A stretch of DNA of 64,000 nucleotides from Bilabrum cf. latius. Its lineage: Eukaryota. Positions 38,801 through 52,232 of the stretch are shown here, one piece after another (position 1 is the first letter of the stretch; each line of letters begins with the position of its first letter). The notes under the pieces were generated by a model. The model saw nothing but the letters and a program-made list of their open reading frames with translations, was not told the DNA's origin and made no database searches. Location: NCBI GenBank assembly GCA_965178125.1, contig OZ237735.1, positions 558,001 to 622,000 of the forward strand. Reading direction: 5' to 3'. The position numbers and the translations under genes were made by a program.

Positions 38801-41690
38801 CGGTCAGCCGCTCAGCAACCGTGGAGACGGGTACGCCCCCGCCATATAGCCAAGAGTGGACGAAATGCCTGCTCCTATCGACTAGGATGGGTAGCAGTAT
38901 GAGTACGTCTCTGCTAGTCCTCCGATACTTTTTTGCAAGAAAAATCTCCTTGGAAAGGGAAGCAGCGGCACTTATGTGTACGAAGGGCTTTATGGAGAGG
39001 CACTTGAGAAGGTCGCGGTGAAGCGGATGGTGGACCAGAACATGGAGGCTGCAAAGCGAGAGGCAGCAAGCTTGCAGAGCTTGTCGCACGAGAGTGTCGT
39101 CAGGTACTACACCCACACTACCTACCAGGGCTTTGTGTACATCGTGCTCGAGCTGTGTCAGTCCTCTCTTGCCGAGGAAGTTAGCAGGAGCATCCGCCCG
39201 ACCATGTCTTTGACCGATGACACTCGCCAGGCATGCGCCCCCCTCCCATCCAACTCGACCAGGCAGTTTCTCCGGGAGCTTGTCGGCGGCATTGCTTTCT
39301 TGCACCTAAAGAAGTTCGTCCATCGCGACATCAAGCCTGAGAATGTTCTACTGGTAACCAGAGAGGGAGACGAGCGTCGGTCCCACGGCGACAAAGAGCT
39401 GCCGTTCGAGCGAATGCTGTTCGAGCAGGATTCAGGCAGCGCAAGCGGGGGAGCAGCATCCGTGTAGAGGTCATCATCAGGGCCTGCAAGCTGTCAGAAT
39501 CATAGAAGGTACGACCAGCACGACCTTGGAAAGGACTGGCGACCAAAGATCAGTGACATGGGCCTCGGAAAGGACCTCGGATAGGCATCCTCCTTCTACA
39601 TGAACCGCACGACCGGCGGCGGCACCCGAGGCTGGCAGGCGCCAGAACTACTGCGGACAGCTGCCCAACGATCTGGAGATGCGCAAGAATGTGCGGAGGG
39701 CGGCAGCATTTATAACGATGGCAACGTACCGGATGACCCCCGGCAGGAGTTTGGCGGTGATGGTGACGTGCCCGGATAGAGCGCCGCCGATGCAGTGCAA
39801 CAAGGCAGGCTGCCCCCGAAAGAAGAGGACGAGGAGGGAGAAGAGTAGCAGCCGTAGCTTCGGATTGACCGCCGGTCGAAGTCGTCATCGTCGACGCCCC
39901 GAGTTGCGCTCGGCAGAGCAAAGGACCGCCTGACCACCAAGGTGGACATCTTCTCCCTCGGCTGCGTCATCAACTACGTGCTGGACCCTGGCAGCCATCC
40001 CTTTGGAGCAGACACCGAGAGAGATACAAACATTTTGAACCGGAAGTCCAACCTCTCTCGCCTTCGTCGGTGCCCTGAAGCACAGCAGCTCGTGCGCGCA
40101 ATGATTGATGACGACCCAAGACGGAGGCCCTCGGCGAAGGAAGCGCTCGAGTACCCGCTGTTCTGGAGCGACAGCCAAAGGCTCGAGTTTCTGAGCGCAA
40201 TGAGCGATGCTATCGAGTACGAGGCTAATAATTGGCCCAAGGACCCCTCCAGCGCTATACTCACCAAGCTAAGGCGTTTGTCCATGCGTGGGAAGGGCCA
40301 GGCCGCAGAAGATGCCCGGGCTGTCCTGCAGCAGTTGGATGAGACGCTGCCAGAGCCTCCAGCCCTCCTGGCTCTGCATTACATGCAGCAAAAGGCTCTG
40401 TCTAACCCAGAGCGCCATGAGTCTGGTGCTGGCCCGCATGAGCTCAATTGGATCGCGTGCCTCCCTGCAGAACTCGTCAATGACGCTAAGTAGCGACGTA
40501 AGTACGATGGCACGTCTCTGCGAGACTGCCTCCGCATGCTGCGCAACAAGGCTCAGCACTTTGGGGAGATGAAGAAGAATGGGACGTCGCAAAGGCTGTT
40601 CGGGTCAGCGGACTCGCGCGCCATCGCAAAGCTCTTTACGTTGTGCTTCCCCTAGATGCTAACCAAGTGCCATAACCTTGCTTGCAGGTACCTGCTTAAT
40701 AGGCAAGGGATCGAGGCGTTGCTGGGTCGGTCCACGCATGATCGCTTCAGGGACAAGTTCCACGCGAATGAGTTGCAAGCGAAGCAGCAAAAGGAGGAGA
40801 GGGCACGCGCGGTGAATGCCGCCATCGATCTCGCGAGGGGAGGACAAAAGTCGCGCGAATCGCCGGGTCCTAGACGCTCTGTGTCTGCCACGGCGGATGC
40901 GGCATGCAGCTGGAGAATCGAAGGCACTTCCAGCGGTCCTGCACGGTCGATGGGCCATGCAGGGCCGGCTGCATCTGGTTTGGCGGAAGAGCGCATTGCT
41001 CATGGCAACCCTCCTTCCGGGCACATCCATAGGTAGCAGGAGAGACGATTGAATAAGCATGATGATCGACCGGTGACGGACAGGCTAAGCGCGGAAAGAT
41101 CGACTTCCAGCGGCACTCCAGCCGCTAAAGCAGGAGGGCAGTCTCCCGCAAGTCGCTCGCATGCTGCTGCTGCTTTCTGGCGACGAGATGCGGGACTTTC
41201 TTAGGACCCGGACGAGTCAGCAGGTCCAGCTGCTGCTGATGCTGCAAGCCCTTCTAGTCGGTGGTACCCAGGTCAGCAGGCTTGGTGCGCGGCGGCACAC
41301 GAAGCTGCAGCCCGCACAATGGCGGCCCGCGCGGAGCTGCCCACACCCGTTGATCCACCGGAGGAGGGCGAGCTGGCGGGCTGCCACGCTCTTTGCGGGC
41401 ACCGTTCTGTGATGCGGAACGGGACTAGGTATGTGGGCGGGGCCCATGCTGGAGGGCTGCGGTACAAGGCGTAGCTGTGCAAGGACTGGTTGCGGCTCGG
41501 GTCTTGCGGGAGAGGGTCCAAGTGCGATTTTGCCCATGGGCCGCTGGAGTGCTGCATAAACGGGAGTCGCGGTGGGATTGAAGGCAGCGATCTCGGGCCG
41601 CTCGGAGGTATGGCTGGTGGTGGGGCCGCAGCTGGCAAAGGGTCTCGGGGGGGCAGGGGGCGGCGGACTGGGAGGGGGCGCGGAAGATGA
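35829..41690 (+). CDS. IRE1: IRE1 ER-stress kinase/endoribonuclease with C-terminal CCCH zinc finger
   Basis: Signal peptide, one 5' intron, luminal motifs (LLVSSED, LHQLPFT, FDIDLDSG), TM near 38720-38780, kinase GKGSSGT/VAVKRM/HRDIKPENVL/ISDMG/GTRGWQAPE/DIFSLG, KEN domain YPLFW..RKYDG..LRMLRNKAQHF, then C-x8-C-x5-C-x3-H at 41478-41537. One frame with many TAG; TGA at 41688. Confidence 0.9.
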
Positions 41691-41889
41691 TAAATCAAGG
41701 TCCATGTGACGTGTTTCTTCCCCTGAGTAGCAACAAAATCATAGGCTTGCATACTTTAGCCCAGCTACGAATCTCTCCGTTGCAGCATTAATCTGTATTA
41801 CTCGTAATTTGTACAGTGCTGCTTGGAATTGCCAATCGTTCGCGTTCCAGCGTTGTAAGTTTTTGCATCCAGATCACGCTTTGTTTGGT

Positions 41890-43322
41890 ATGGCTGGAAG
41901 AGGACCTAAGAAGGATACATCGCTGGACAAGACAGGATCTGCTGCAGCATCCCCAGCTGCTTTGGAGAAGGCTGTTGCTAACATCATCAATCCGAAAACC
42001 CGTGATGCTGCGCTTGGAGAGCTGAGCAAGAATAGGGACAAGTTTGCAGACCTAGCACCGATGCTCTGGCATTCAACTGCGACATTTGCAGCTCTCTTGT
42101 AGGAAATCGTGGGAATATACCCAGCACTGTCTCCTCCGACTCTTACTGGCAATCAGTCGACCAAGGTTTGCAACGCGCTTGCCTTGTTACAGTGCGTTGC
42201 GTCGCACCCAGATACCAGGCCACTATTTCTGAAAGGTGAGTGAAATCACGATACTCGTCGCTTTTTCATTTGGCAATGCTATCCGCCGGTGCTCAAGCAG
42301 CTTCGCACTTCACGTCCAATCCTAGCTTCTTCTTCGCAGCACACATCCCTCTGTACCTGTATCCGTTTCTCAGCACATAGACAAAGGCTCGCTCGTACGA
42401 ATTTCTGCGGCTGACGTCTCTTGGTGTCATCGGGGCGCTCGTCAAGCATGACGATCCCAGAGTGGTGGATTACCTGCTCAAAACGGAGATTATTCCTTTG
42501 TGTCTGAGGATCATGGAGACTGGTTCCGACCTGGAAATGATTGTAGCTACGTTTATCGTCCAAAAGATTCTGATGGACGACCAGGGGCTAGGGTACATTT
42601 GCGCGACACCGCACCGCTTCTTTGCCGTCAATCAGGTTCTCGAGCAGCTCGTCGAGAAGCTCGCAAAGAACCCCACATTTAGGCTTCTGAAACACGTGGT
42701 GCAGTGCTATCACCGACTTGCTAAGAACGAGCGAGCTCGTGGCGCTCTCAAGGAGCACATGCCCGTGACGCTGCTCAGCGGAGAGTTCACCGAGGTCCTC
42801 GCCAAGGACATCGATGCCTCGAAGCGGCTCGGCGAGCTGGGAAAGATGCTCCGGGCCGATGCCGGGGCGCCCGGCCATGCAGGTGGGGCAGCAGCCGGCG
42901 GCCTGTCGGCTCCTGCCAGCTCCGGGCCCTCGGTCGCAACGTCGGTCGCTTCGTCGGGGATGGGTTCAGCGCCCCAAGTCTCGGCCCCGATGGGCGGGAT
43001 GGGCATGGGTGGGATGGGCATGGGCGGCATGGGCATGGGCATGGGCATGGGAATGGGCATGGGTGGCGGCGGGTCGGGTGGAATGCCCTCTGGTGCTGCT
43101 GGGGAGCGGATGGCTGGATACATGGGCGGCGTTCCTGCAAGCTCTGGGATGATGGGTGGCATGCGGGGGCCCGGCCCGGCCGCGTCTGGTGGGCTTCGGG
43201 TCCCGACTGGGGTTGGCACGTCCACTGGCATGTCTGGGCCAGGCGTTGGGCTAGGGCTAGGTACGGGAGGCCCAAGGCCGTTTCCCGGTGCCGGCGGGAT
43301 GGGATCATATGGCGGCAGATAA
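41890..43322 (+). CDS. CNOT9: CCR4-NOT subunit CNOT9/RCD1/Caf40 with Gly/Met-rich tail; one intron ~42236-42339
   Basis: [74 protein letters not shown] at 42100 and 42378; TAA stop. Confidence 0.95.
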
Positions 43323-43473
43323 TGATGGGATTTTGTGGTCTGTCTATACACAGTCTCTTGGGCTTGCGGAAGATATCATATTTTGGGAGTGATGATTCGG
43401 AGCCTCTGCGTAGATCTTGTGGCGGGTCTTCCAGCCAAACATTCTTAACCCTGGTAGTCAGCAGCGCATTCAA

Positions 43474-45897
43474 ATGTTGGGCACGAACTATTTTTTGGAT
43501 TGGGGCACCACTTCTTTGAGGATTTGGCGGATAAGTCAAAGCTCTGCATCCGAAACTGAGCCAGCCGATATGCAAGTCGCATATCAAGGCCATACTTTTG
43601 ACATAAACTGCGTCTTCCGATCTAGAGAAGGAGTAGGAATGCATAACAACACTGTAGACATGCTTCAAACACTGAGAAAGGCATTCGAAAAAGGAAATGT
43701 GTCACACAATAGAATAATTGCTTCCGGAATGGTAGGCAGCAGCATCGGCTTGGCAAACACGCCCTGCGTAAGCGCTGAGGATTATTTCTCACAGATTCTT
43801 GGTGGTAACCTGAGTAGTGCAGGTAGAATGGACTGCCATGGAATACAGATCGTGATACTTCCTGGTTTGCAAGCGAACAGCGTGGACTCTCTCGGGTTCG
43901 AGCTCATGAGAGGCGAAGAGCTACAAATAGCAGGGTCATTAGAAATGCTTGCCGCAAGTGAAGGCGGCAACACCAGTATGCACCAGTCGTCGCATCTTAT
44001 GGCATTGCCAGGATCGCATTGCAAGTGGGTACGCTTTCGCACGAGGCAAACGGATCCTTCATTTGCTCGGAGTCCCATCATGTCGTGGCGCACTTCAATG
44101 GCGGGGGAAGTCTTTGAGGCATTGCAGCAAGGGACAGTTCTTCGTCACACCATCTCATCTCATGGCAGCCCCGGCTTCAACAAGGCGGATTCGCAGCGCG
44201 GTTTCGATGCAGCAGTACGCGAGACGGCGCTGAAGGTGAGAGCTGGACAGACAACGAACTTCTTGTCGCGGCTGTTTCAGTGCAGGTCAGCAGCAGTGGC
44301 CGATCGAGGCTTGGATGACGAATAGCCACCATCGTCCTCTTTCCTAGGCGGGTATCTCTCTGGCCTCGTTGTCGGGCAGGACGTTGTCGACGGCTGCTTG
44401 GATTCGACGTCGTGCACCACTCCTATAGCGTTTGTTGGAGAGACAGCTCTTTGCGAGCGATACGCACAGGCCTCAAGCATCTTGCACCATGAGGCACCTG
44501 ACATCTTCCACTCCGACCCCGCTGTGAAAGAACCGGTGATAATCGATGCTGGCAAGGCTACCGCAGTCGGCGTCATCCGCGTGCTCGACGGACTTGGAGA
44601 GCTTGAGCTGCCAGAACAGAGAACGACACAAGCACATGGTTCGGCGTCGGTAGTGTCGCCCCGCAAGGACGAATCCAACGAGCCCATGCAGCACCACAGC
44701 CCAGAGAGGGAAGCTCAACCACAGTCAAACCGACCGTTCGAAAATCAACCGTGTCGGCGTTCGGGCATGTGGAACGAGGAAGACGCTCAGGACTTGTGTG
44801 ACCTCGTTCGAGGCGACTGCAGCCGCACACGAGACGCACTGCGCGATACGCTCGACGTGTTTGATCTGGTCAAGACAGCAAAAACACGAGCGCCGAGTCA
44901 TTCAGACGGCACCCCAGCCGCAATTCCACCGGTGCTGCCTGCCATTGCAATCCTCCGCGGGCTACAACCGAACTCGTCCGTTTATAGCAACATCGCACCA
45001 GCCTTGAACGATACACCTTCCTCAAAGGGACTGGATGCAGTCGCGCAGTCGCTGGTCGGAGCTGGCTTTGCGTTTGCAGAGGTCCCACTCAACCGGCCTG
45101 GTGCGTTGAGCGCGATCAGTGAGCTGGCGGCGTCTGCTGGCCGAGTGCAGCTCAAGGCCGCTAACCGCTATGGGTCTGCGAGCTCCGAAGACGCTGATGC
45201 GCCGCTTAGCCAGTGGCAGGAGATGGCTGACTTGCGGAGGCAGTCCTTGACGGAATCACCGATCGCTGGTATCAGCTCTTGCAATCTGCAGGGCACAATA
45301 TCGGACGTCAGATTCAGGAACTAGCGCTGCGCCTTTGGCAAAGGCATACTGAGCGAGAAGGGCGATTGGCAGAAGGCGAGCAGTGAAGCACGCGGATCTT
45401 CCGATACGATACCGCTGTATCCGCTCCTGGTTGGAGCTGGCACCGTGCTCACCAGGGAACAAGCCCTGTCCGCCTTGGGTGCCGGCGCGCGGTTCCTCGT
45501 CAGCCCGTCGTACAGCGAGGCAGTGGCGAAGGTAGCACGGCAAGCGGGCGCAGCCTACGTGCCTGGAGTTTCCTCGGCGACGGAAGCAATCCGTGCGCTC
45601 GAGGGCGAGGCGGCTGCTCTAAAGGTGTTTCCGGCATCGCAATGGAGCCCAGCGGTGCTGAAGGACCTGAGGAGCGCTTCCCCATGCTGCGCCCGGTGGA
45701 TTCCCGTCGGCGGCTTTGGCGATGACTCCAGCAAGTACACGGATTGGATCAAGGCAGGCGCGCACGGTTTTGGGGTGGGGGGTTCCTTGCTGGAGAGCAC
45801 ACACACTTTGGGCAACGTGGCTGCTTTGAACGTCGGGGTTGCCAAAAGAGTGACGAGTGCAATCCGGCTGGCTGTGCGGGCCACCGTATTTCACTAA
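43474..45897 (+). CDS. Fused 2-keto-3-deoxygalactonate kinase (DgoK) and KDPGal/KDPG aldolase (DgoA/Eda family), ~807 aa, intronless
   Basis: DgoK motifs DWGTTSLR, GMVGS, MRGEELQIAG, LPGSHCKWV, YLSGLVVG; aldolase motifs IAILRG, EVPLN, VGAGTVLT, FLVSP, PGVSSATEA, LKVFPA, PVGG. One frame, TAG at 44323 and 45322, TAA stop. Confidence 0.88.
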
Positions 45898-45989
45898 GTC
45901 TTGTACGCTGCGCTATGAGCACATTTTGAGCTATCTGATGATCAGCAAAGCCAAATACAGTCAAACACACCAATCTCGGCGCAGAGGTA

Positions 45990-46880
45990 TCATTTGTGGC
46001 GGGCTCTCTTTGCTGCCTCACCTGTTGCCTCCGCGCTGCTCCCACCCGCCGCGTCGTCGGTACTCTCCGCAGCAGCAGCGCCACTGATAGCAGCAGCGCC
46101 AGCAGGAGAATCCGCGGGACGGGGCCGCTTCTGGCCTGGTTGCGCTGTTTCGCCTGACGGCCTGGTCGCCTGGCTCACAAGCGACATCGCAAGCGACAAA
46201 GCAGGATCAAGAGCTGCAGCAGCCTGCGGCGCGGCCGCTCCTGATGAGCCGACTGCACGCGTCCGCGGAGGGTGAGCAGCGGCTGGGGCCGGGCGCCCGG
46301 CACTCGCTGCATGTCTGCTATGGGTCTGGACCTGCCTTTGGTAACTGACGTACACGTCAGCTTTGCAGCGTTGCACCATCTGCTCGTTCAGATTGACTGG
46401 TGGGGTCTGATTCATTCGGTGGCACGATGCCGCGTACTCGGGCAGGAGCTTTGACATGAGCAGGAAAACCAGCGCTGCTCCATGCTCCTACGTTGTGCAG
46501 TAGTAGTCGAATCGCATCGCGTTCTTTTGCTCCTAGACTGGCTTCGTATCATCTCTTGCTGCCCTTTCTCCTTTGTCCGTTCGCGCCCATCGGCGCACAG
46601 CCAGCATCGCGAGGTTCGACCTGAACTTCGCCTTGGCCTGATCGGAAACCTTCAACGTGCGGTAGGTGTCAGGGAGAAGCGCCATCACATTGGTATCGGG
46701 GCGTCCCTCCATGCGGATGATCTCACGCTCAAGCACGGCACTATCCTGGAACCGCTCCCACTGCCTACTGCGGCGACCGGTGGCGACCTGTCCACGGTGA
46801 TTGGGGCCGTGTCCGGCATACGCGGTTGGTGGCACCTATGGTCGATGATGCACCATGGCCCCTGATGCTGCAGCAGCCTG

Positions 46881-46911
<31 letters not shown>

Positions 46912-49900
46912 TGCTGCTGCTGCTGCTGCAGTAGCCTTGCCTAGGCTGCCTCCCTAGAGCGTTCAGCCGCCGCTGCAGCCCGGGCATCCAGTCGCGGCCT
47001 GGCCGCCCGGGCTCGAATTTCGTTGCACATCGGAACAGGACAGCGCCCGGGCATTTGTCCACATGTCTTCGCGTGCAGCTCCACGAGCCGCTGCAGCCTC
47101 GGCACTGCAGCACCCGGACCACTGGCTGGGGGCGAGACACCACCCTGTAGCAACCGCCTGGCAGTTTCCAGGGCGTGGGGCGTGACAAGTGCTAGGTCTG
47201 CAGGGGCCACCTGGACGTTGCACGCCTGCTCCAGGGCAGCCACATATGGCTTCATCTCCTCCATCTCACGGGCCTCGCGATCCCGTTTCGTGAAGCTAAC
47301 AGGGATAGCCTTGAGCCGGTGCTTGTGTTTTGGCAGCTTGCCCCTCTGTGTCTAGTCGTAGCATGCGTCACAAAGGTCAAATTCGGGACACTCTTGGCAA
47401 GCCCACCTGTTGCCTTTGAGTATCTTCTGGCTGCAGTTGTTGCACACGTGAACGAACGAGGGCATCTTAGGATTCCTCATGTGGTACAGGACCATCGCAG
47501 TGGAGTGCTTTGCCCTCCGCAGCTAGTCGAACTGGTAGTGGTTGCCCTAGCACAGTTCGAGGAAGTACTCTCGAGTTTCCCAGAATTCGCAACTTACGAG
47601 TGGATCGACGTCGTGCCGAAGCCCGTTCCGGAAGAGATCCACCAGCTCATAGAATTGCTGGGGCGGGCTTGCACCGCCGGCGCCGCTGCTTGCCAGCACC
47701 TCGGAAGGTACGAGGCCACCCTGCCTCAAGCTGCGAGCAGATGCCTTCGTGCCAGGGTCACTGCTGCTGCTGTCGTCGTGCATGGCCACCTGTGCCGAGC
47801 TGGAGCTCGAGCTGCTGCTGCCGGCGCTGCTGAACGACGACGCGGACCCAGAACTTGCCACGGCAAACGGCTGCACGTCACCGTCTTCCTTAAGCTCCTT
47901 CAGAACTTCTAGCTCGCTTTCTCCAGACAGTGCAGGACGCTTCTGCAGCTGCCGTACAAACGCATCGGAGCACAGCCGGCCGCCAGTACCCTCTCGCTTG
48001 CTCCTTTCAAGGGCGTAGCAGCCGTCGCACAGGTTGACCGACTCGCCGTCCTCAAGGTGAACTGGACTGTACCACTGGTTTCCGCTTACGATGAATGACT
48101 TGCAGACTTGACAAGATGGCCACAGTTTGGCCACAAAGAAGTCCTGCCGGAGGTTCACGACCTAGTCAGCCACTTTGTTTGCCAGGGCGTCTGCTACAAG
48201 GTGCGCGCTGGTGGCATTGACCATCCGACCCTTGGTTGTGTGCGACTTCGTGTTACCCGTGGAGGCGTCTCCGTCTGTCCCAGCCATCGACCCACGGTCT
48301 CGTCCCGAGGACGACCGGCGGGCTCTCCCCCCTACTCTTCCCTTGCGCTTCGACCTGGCCTTCTTTCCCTTCGCCTTGCCTTTCTTGGAGCTTGATTTGG
48401 AGCTCTTCTTGCTGGCAGAACCAGAGCCGTCACCGAGCCCGTCATCATCATCGTCGTCGCCGTCATCTATCATGTACTGTGACCCGCTCATTCCAGCAGT
48501 CAAATCTAAGCCGAACGCGGCAGGCGACCGAGCACCGTCTCTGGCCATCTCGTCCGACAGCATCGACTGCTGGGCCCCGGAGGCCACGCCTCGTCTTCTG
48601 CACGCCAGCCACCATAACGCGGCATGCTGCGCCCTGGACTACCTACGAAACGGAACAGGCGCATGCAGGGAGCCTGACGCCGCCCTTGAAGATGTCGTGG
48701 AGCCTGCACCAGATGAGGGCCCATGAGCGTCGGTCACCATTGCGGCTGAGACTAGCGGAACCAGCGGCTCCATGTCGAGCGGTTTGGCGTTGGGGTCCGT
48801 GTACAGGTGCTGGTGCCAAAGCCATTTCCTGCCTTTGAACACCGATGACTGTACGACATCTGCTTCGGAAGATGCTAGCTCCTGCGCGTACGTGTCTGCC
48901 TCACCCGGCCAGTAGTCACCTTTGAAGAGGGGCAAGTCGAGCATGCTCCTCTGCCTGCCCCCCTCCTCTCCTGACTTTGTCGGAAAGAAGTCATCGGCGA
49001 GGTACACGACCTTGTCAATGATTCCAGTCTCGTGAGCAGTGTCAAACATATCTTGGTACCACTTCCTTAGCCTCTCAGACTTGGGATTCTGCTAGTCGGG
49101 CGGGTGGCAGAAGAAGATGTAGTCGTCGCCCTTCAGCGGCGGACACGCCCACAGCACAAGCTGGAGGAAACCCCGACTCTTGAGGTCGCGCATGTACTCC
49201 AAGATGATCTCGTGGAACACAAGGGTCCTCAGCTCGGGCGGGTCAAAGTACCGCACCGAGTCCAGATACGACAGGTAGGCAGACCTGCGGTTGGGCCCAG
49301 GGCAATCGTCCCAGTACTCCTGCACATACATGGTAAATACCAGCACGTCTGCGCCGTCCAGTTCCTGGAACAGAGCCAGTGCACGTGACCTGTGCCTGTA
49401 CTCCTTCTGTGGGATCTGATGAGGGTAGCGGTTACGCAGGGCAGCAGGGACTGGGGTTGTCTACCACGAGTCGCTGACGACTCGGACACGCACAGTAGGG
49501 ATTGGGTACGACTTGCTGGCCTCCTCCCGCACCCGAGCAGAAGGATTCTTCAGGACCTGCTCGAGAGACGAGCCGGCGGCCGAGTCGGGGCTTGCTCCAA
49601 CCAGACTGTCGATCTGCCGCTGCAGGATGAGCTTGTGGACCGCCTTCTCGATGCGCTTGCCCAGGCGGTACTGTGGCAGGTCACGCGCCCGCAAGCCCTA
49701 GGAACTTCGGATGGGTTTGGGCGACTTCCGGATCTTCATCTCCTGCAGAAGGCAATGGGGGCACACCAGCGTCTGTGACTGCACCTGATCATGCTACCGG
49801 TTAAACATCCCGCAGATGTTGTGCATCCACTTGTCGCACACACTGCACTGGACCCATTCTTCCTCATCGATCTACTCATGCTTTGCCTTGATGAGCAGCT

Positions 49901-52232
49901 TCTTCGGAACGATGGTGCTGTCGCTGGAGCTGTCTGTTGGCACCTTGGAGCCGTGGCACGTCGTGCAGTAATGAACGTTGTTGTCCTTGTTGCGATAGAA
50001 TGATTGACCACTCTGGATGCGCTTCCTGCACAGCGTGCAGTACAGCATCGACGGCTCGAACACGAACTTCTAGCCCGCACAAAGGAAGCACACGTTGTTC
50101 GTGAACTAGGCCTGCGCATCGACAGCCACGACTTGCCCTTTCTCGCGCAGCAGCATCTGCTGCCTGCGGTCCTGCAGCCTCTCCTGCTCGAGCCCCTGCT
50201 TGGAGTCGTGCATGTCTCTGAGCAAGATCTCGCTCTGCTCCCTCTCCGCCTCGGCAAACACCTGGTTCATCATCTCGTCGAAGTAGAGCGCGAACTCCTC
50301 CGCAATCAGGGCTACCTCGCTGCCGGGCGGATTATACAGAATGGCGTTGTACCACACCTGCCTCACGTCATCCGAGAAGCCCTTCAGGCTGCGATACCGT
50401 TTTTGCTCGAGCCGCCTTTTGATCGTTCCTAAGTCCATCGGTCGCTTCACAATATCATGGTAGTCTGGGAGCCCGAGCTCTTTCGCATTCACCCGAGAAG
50501 AAAAGAAGTTGTGCCTGCTGTCCTTGGCTAGCATCCGGCTCAAGACCGGCGCACACCGGTCGTGAATGTCCTTGGGCGTGTATATGGCGTTGAAATCGAA
50601 CCGCAGGGAGTACAGGTGCTGCTATAGTTCCTCGTACGACGCGGTGTGCAGCAGGCTGATCTGGGGGTCCAGGGACTGGAAGGTCACGGCCCGTTTCTCA
50701 CTGGCTGAGAACGCCTTGTCGCGGTTCATTACTTCTTTGTGCCTCTGCAGGCTGCGATCTTGCTGCTTCCTGCACCTCTCGAGGCCTTGCTCGTAGAAGT
50801 CTGCACGCAATTGGTACCGCTAAACGCGCTTGAGCAGCTCCATAAGCTTGCGCTCGGCCTCTGCTCGCTTCTCTTTGGGCATCGCTCCTTGGTGAAGCTG
50901 GAAGTGCTGCTGCTGGCTCTGCCGCTGCAAATCGTGCACGTGCCTCTGCATGTCGCTCTTCATTGTGGCGTACAGGTTTACCTGGCACTGGTCGAAGCGT
51001 AAATGCCTCGAGATGTGCTCCCTGGTGATGGCAGCCAGCGACACCCTGCACGCCAGCGGGCAGTCCTTGTCTTGGCATAGGAAGTAGTGCCGCACCACTC
51101 GGCTCCACTTCTGGGTCTAGCTCGTCGCGCTCGGCTGCCTCCCGACTCCCCCCGTTGTCAAATACTCGCCCGCCTCCCGAATGTACCGCAGTCGCCTCTG
51201 TCTGTTCGTCTCTGTGGACGCAGCAACCGACGACGAGGAAGCTGCTGGGACCGGAGGCGGTGCCATGGCGGTGCCTACCTCTGCATCCACGATGGCCTGG
51301 TGCCCACGGGTAGCCGGGTGATCGATCGGCGGGGCAGGCTCGTCGTTGTCGGGCAGCACAAAGGCTGCCTTGAACCGGGCCGTCGCAGGCTTGAGGCACC
51401 TGTCCTTGAGCAGCGTGATCACGTTGCGCACGTCCTTGCACGAGTATGAGCCGTGCTTGCTGCACTGCTCCCCCATGCACGGGTTCGAGGCAAACGTTTG
51501 GATCGCAGTCACAAGGTCGCGCCAAGATGCCAGCTTGCTGGGGTCCCGCGGCAGCGGCTCGAGAGTGGAGCCGGGGATTTTCTTGCTGGCCGTAGCAGCA
51601 CCGGCAGCGCTTGCCGCTGCAGATGATGCGCCGTTGCTGCCGCCACTGCTCTGGTGCAACCATGTCCCAGCTTTCCTTGAGGCGTTATCCACGTGCACCA
51701 CGTATGCCTGCAGCCTCATTACCTCCCTTCCCTTCATGACCCTGCTCTCCTGCTCTCGTAGCCCTCCCCCATACAGCTGTTCCGACTTGGTCTTATTGTA
51801 CACGTCCATCCGTGCGATCGCGTCCTGCCTCTCTTCTGGCGTCATCGGGGGGAGCTTCGGCAGGGGGGGGACTTGTGGGATCGAAGGGATGGCGGGGAAG
51901 ACCTGCTGCGACCTCGGGGAAGCTGAGGACTGGGGCCGGGCCGCCGAGGCGAAGGCAGCTCCCGGGGCCATACCTGCCTGGCCGGTACTGGCGACTGCAG
52001 TCGCAATCTCTGAGGCCGTGGAACGCTGCCGGTCCACCTGCACGGCGTGCATGCTCGTTGAGGCCGAGCCAGAAGAAGAGGAGGACGACTATGGGTGCCG
52101 GGCAGAGGTTGGCGGTGCCGACACAGGGTCACTGGGAGACATCGTCAGGGGTCGAGGCGCCTGACCCGGCGCGGGTTGCGACCCCGAGGCCTACTGAGCT
52201 TGCGCAGTCGGAACTCTGCTTGCTTGCGACAT
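45990..52232 (-). CDS. CBP/p300-like (KAT11/HAC) histone acetyltransferase, ~2,080 aa: TAZ-like, bromodomain, PHD, HAT, ZZ, TAZ, polyQ
   Basis: 13 track ORFs in one frame. LGLPDYHDIVKRPMDLGTIK; WVQCSVCDKWMHNIC; YLSYLDSVRYF; WACPPLKGDDYIFFCHPPD*; FKGDYWP; LC*GNHYQFD*LRRAKHS; CPEFDLCDACY. TGA at 45990. Confidence 0.92.

Noticed and set aside
42985-43075. GGCATG-type tandem repeats, also the RGG repeats at ~60270-60600
   Set aside because: Coding low-complexity tails of CNOT9 and U2AF1, not a CRISPR array or satellite.
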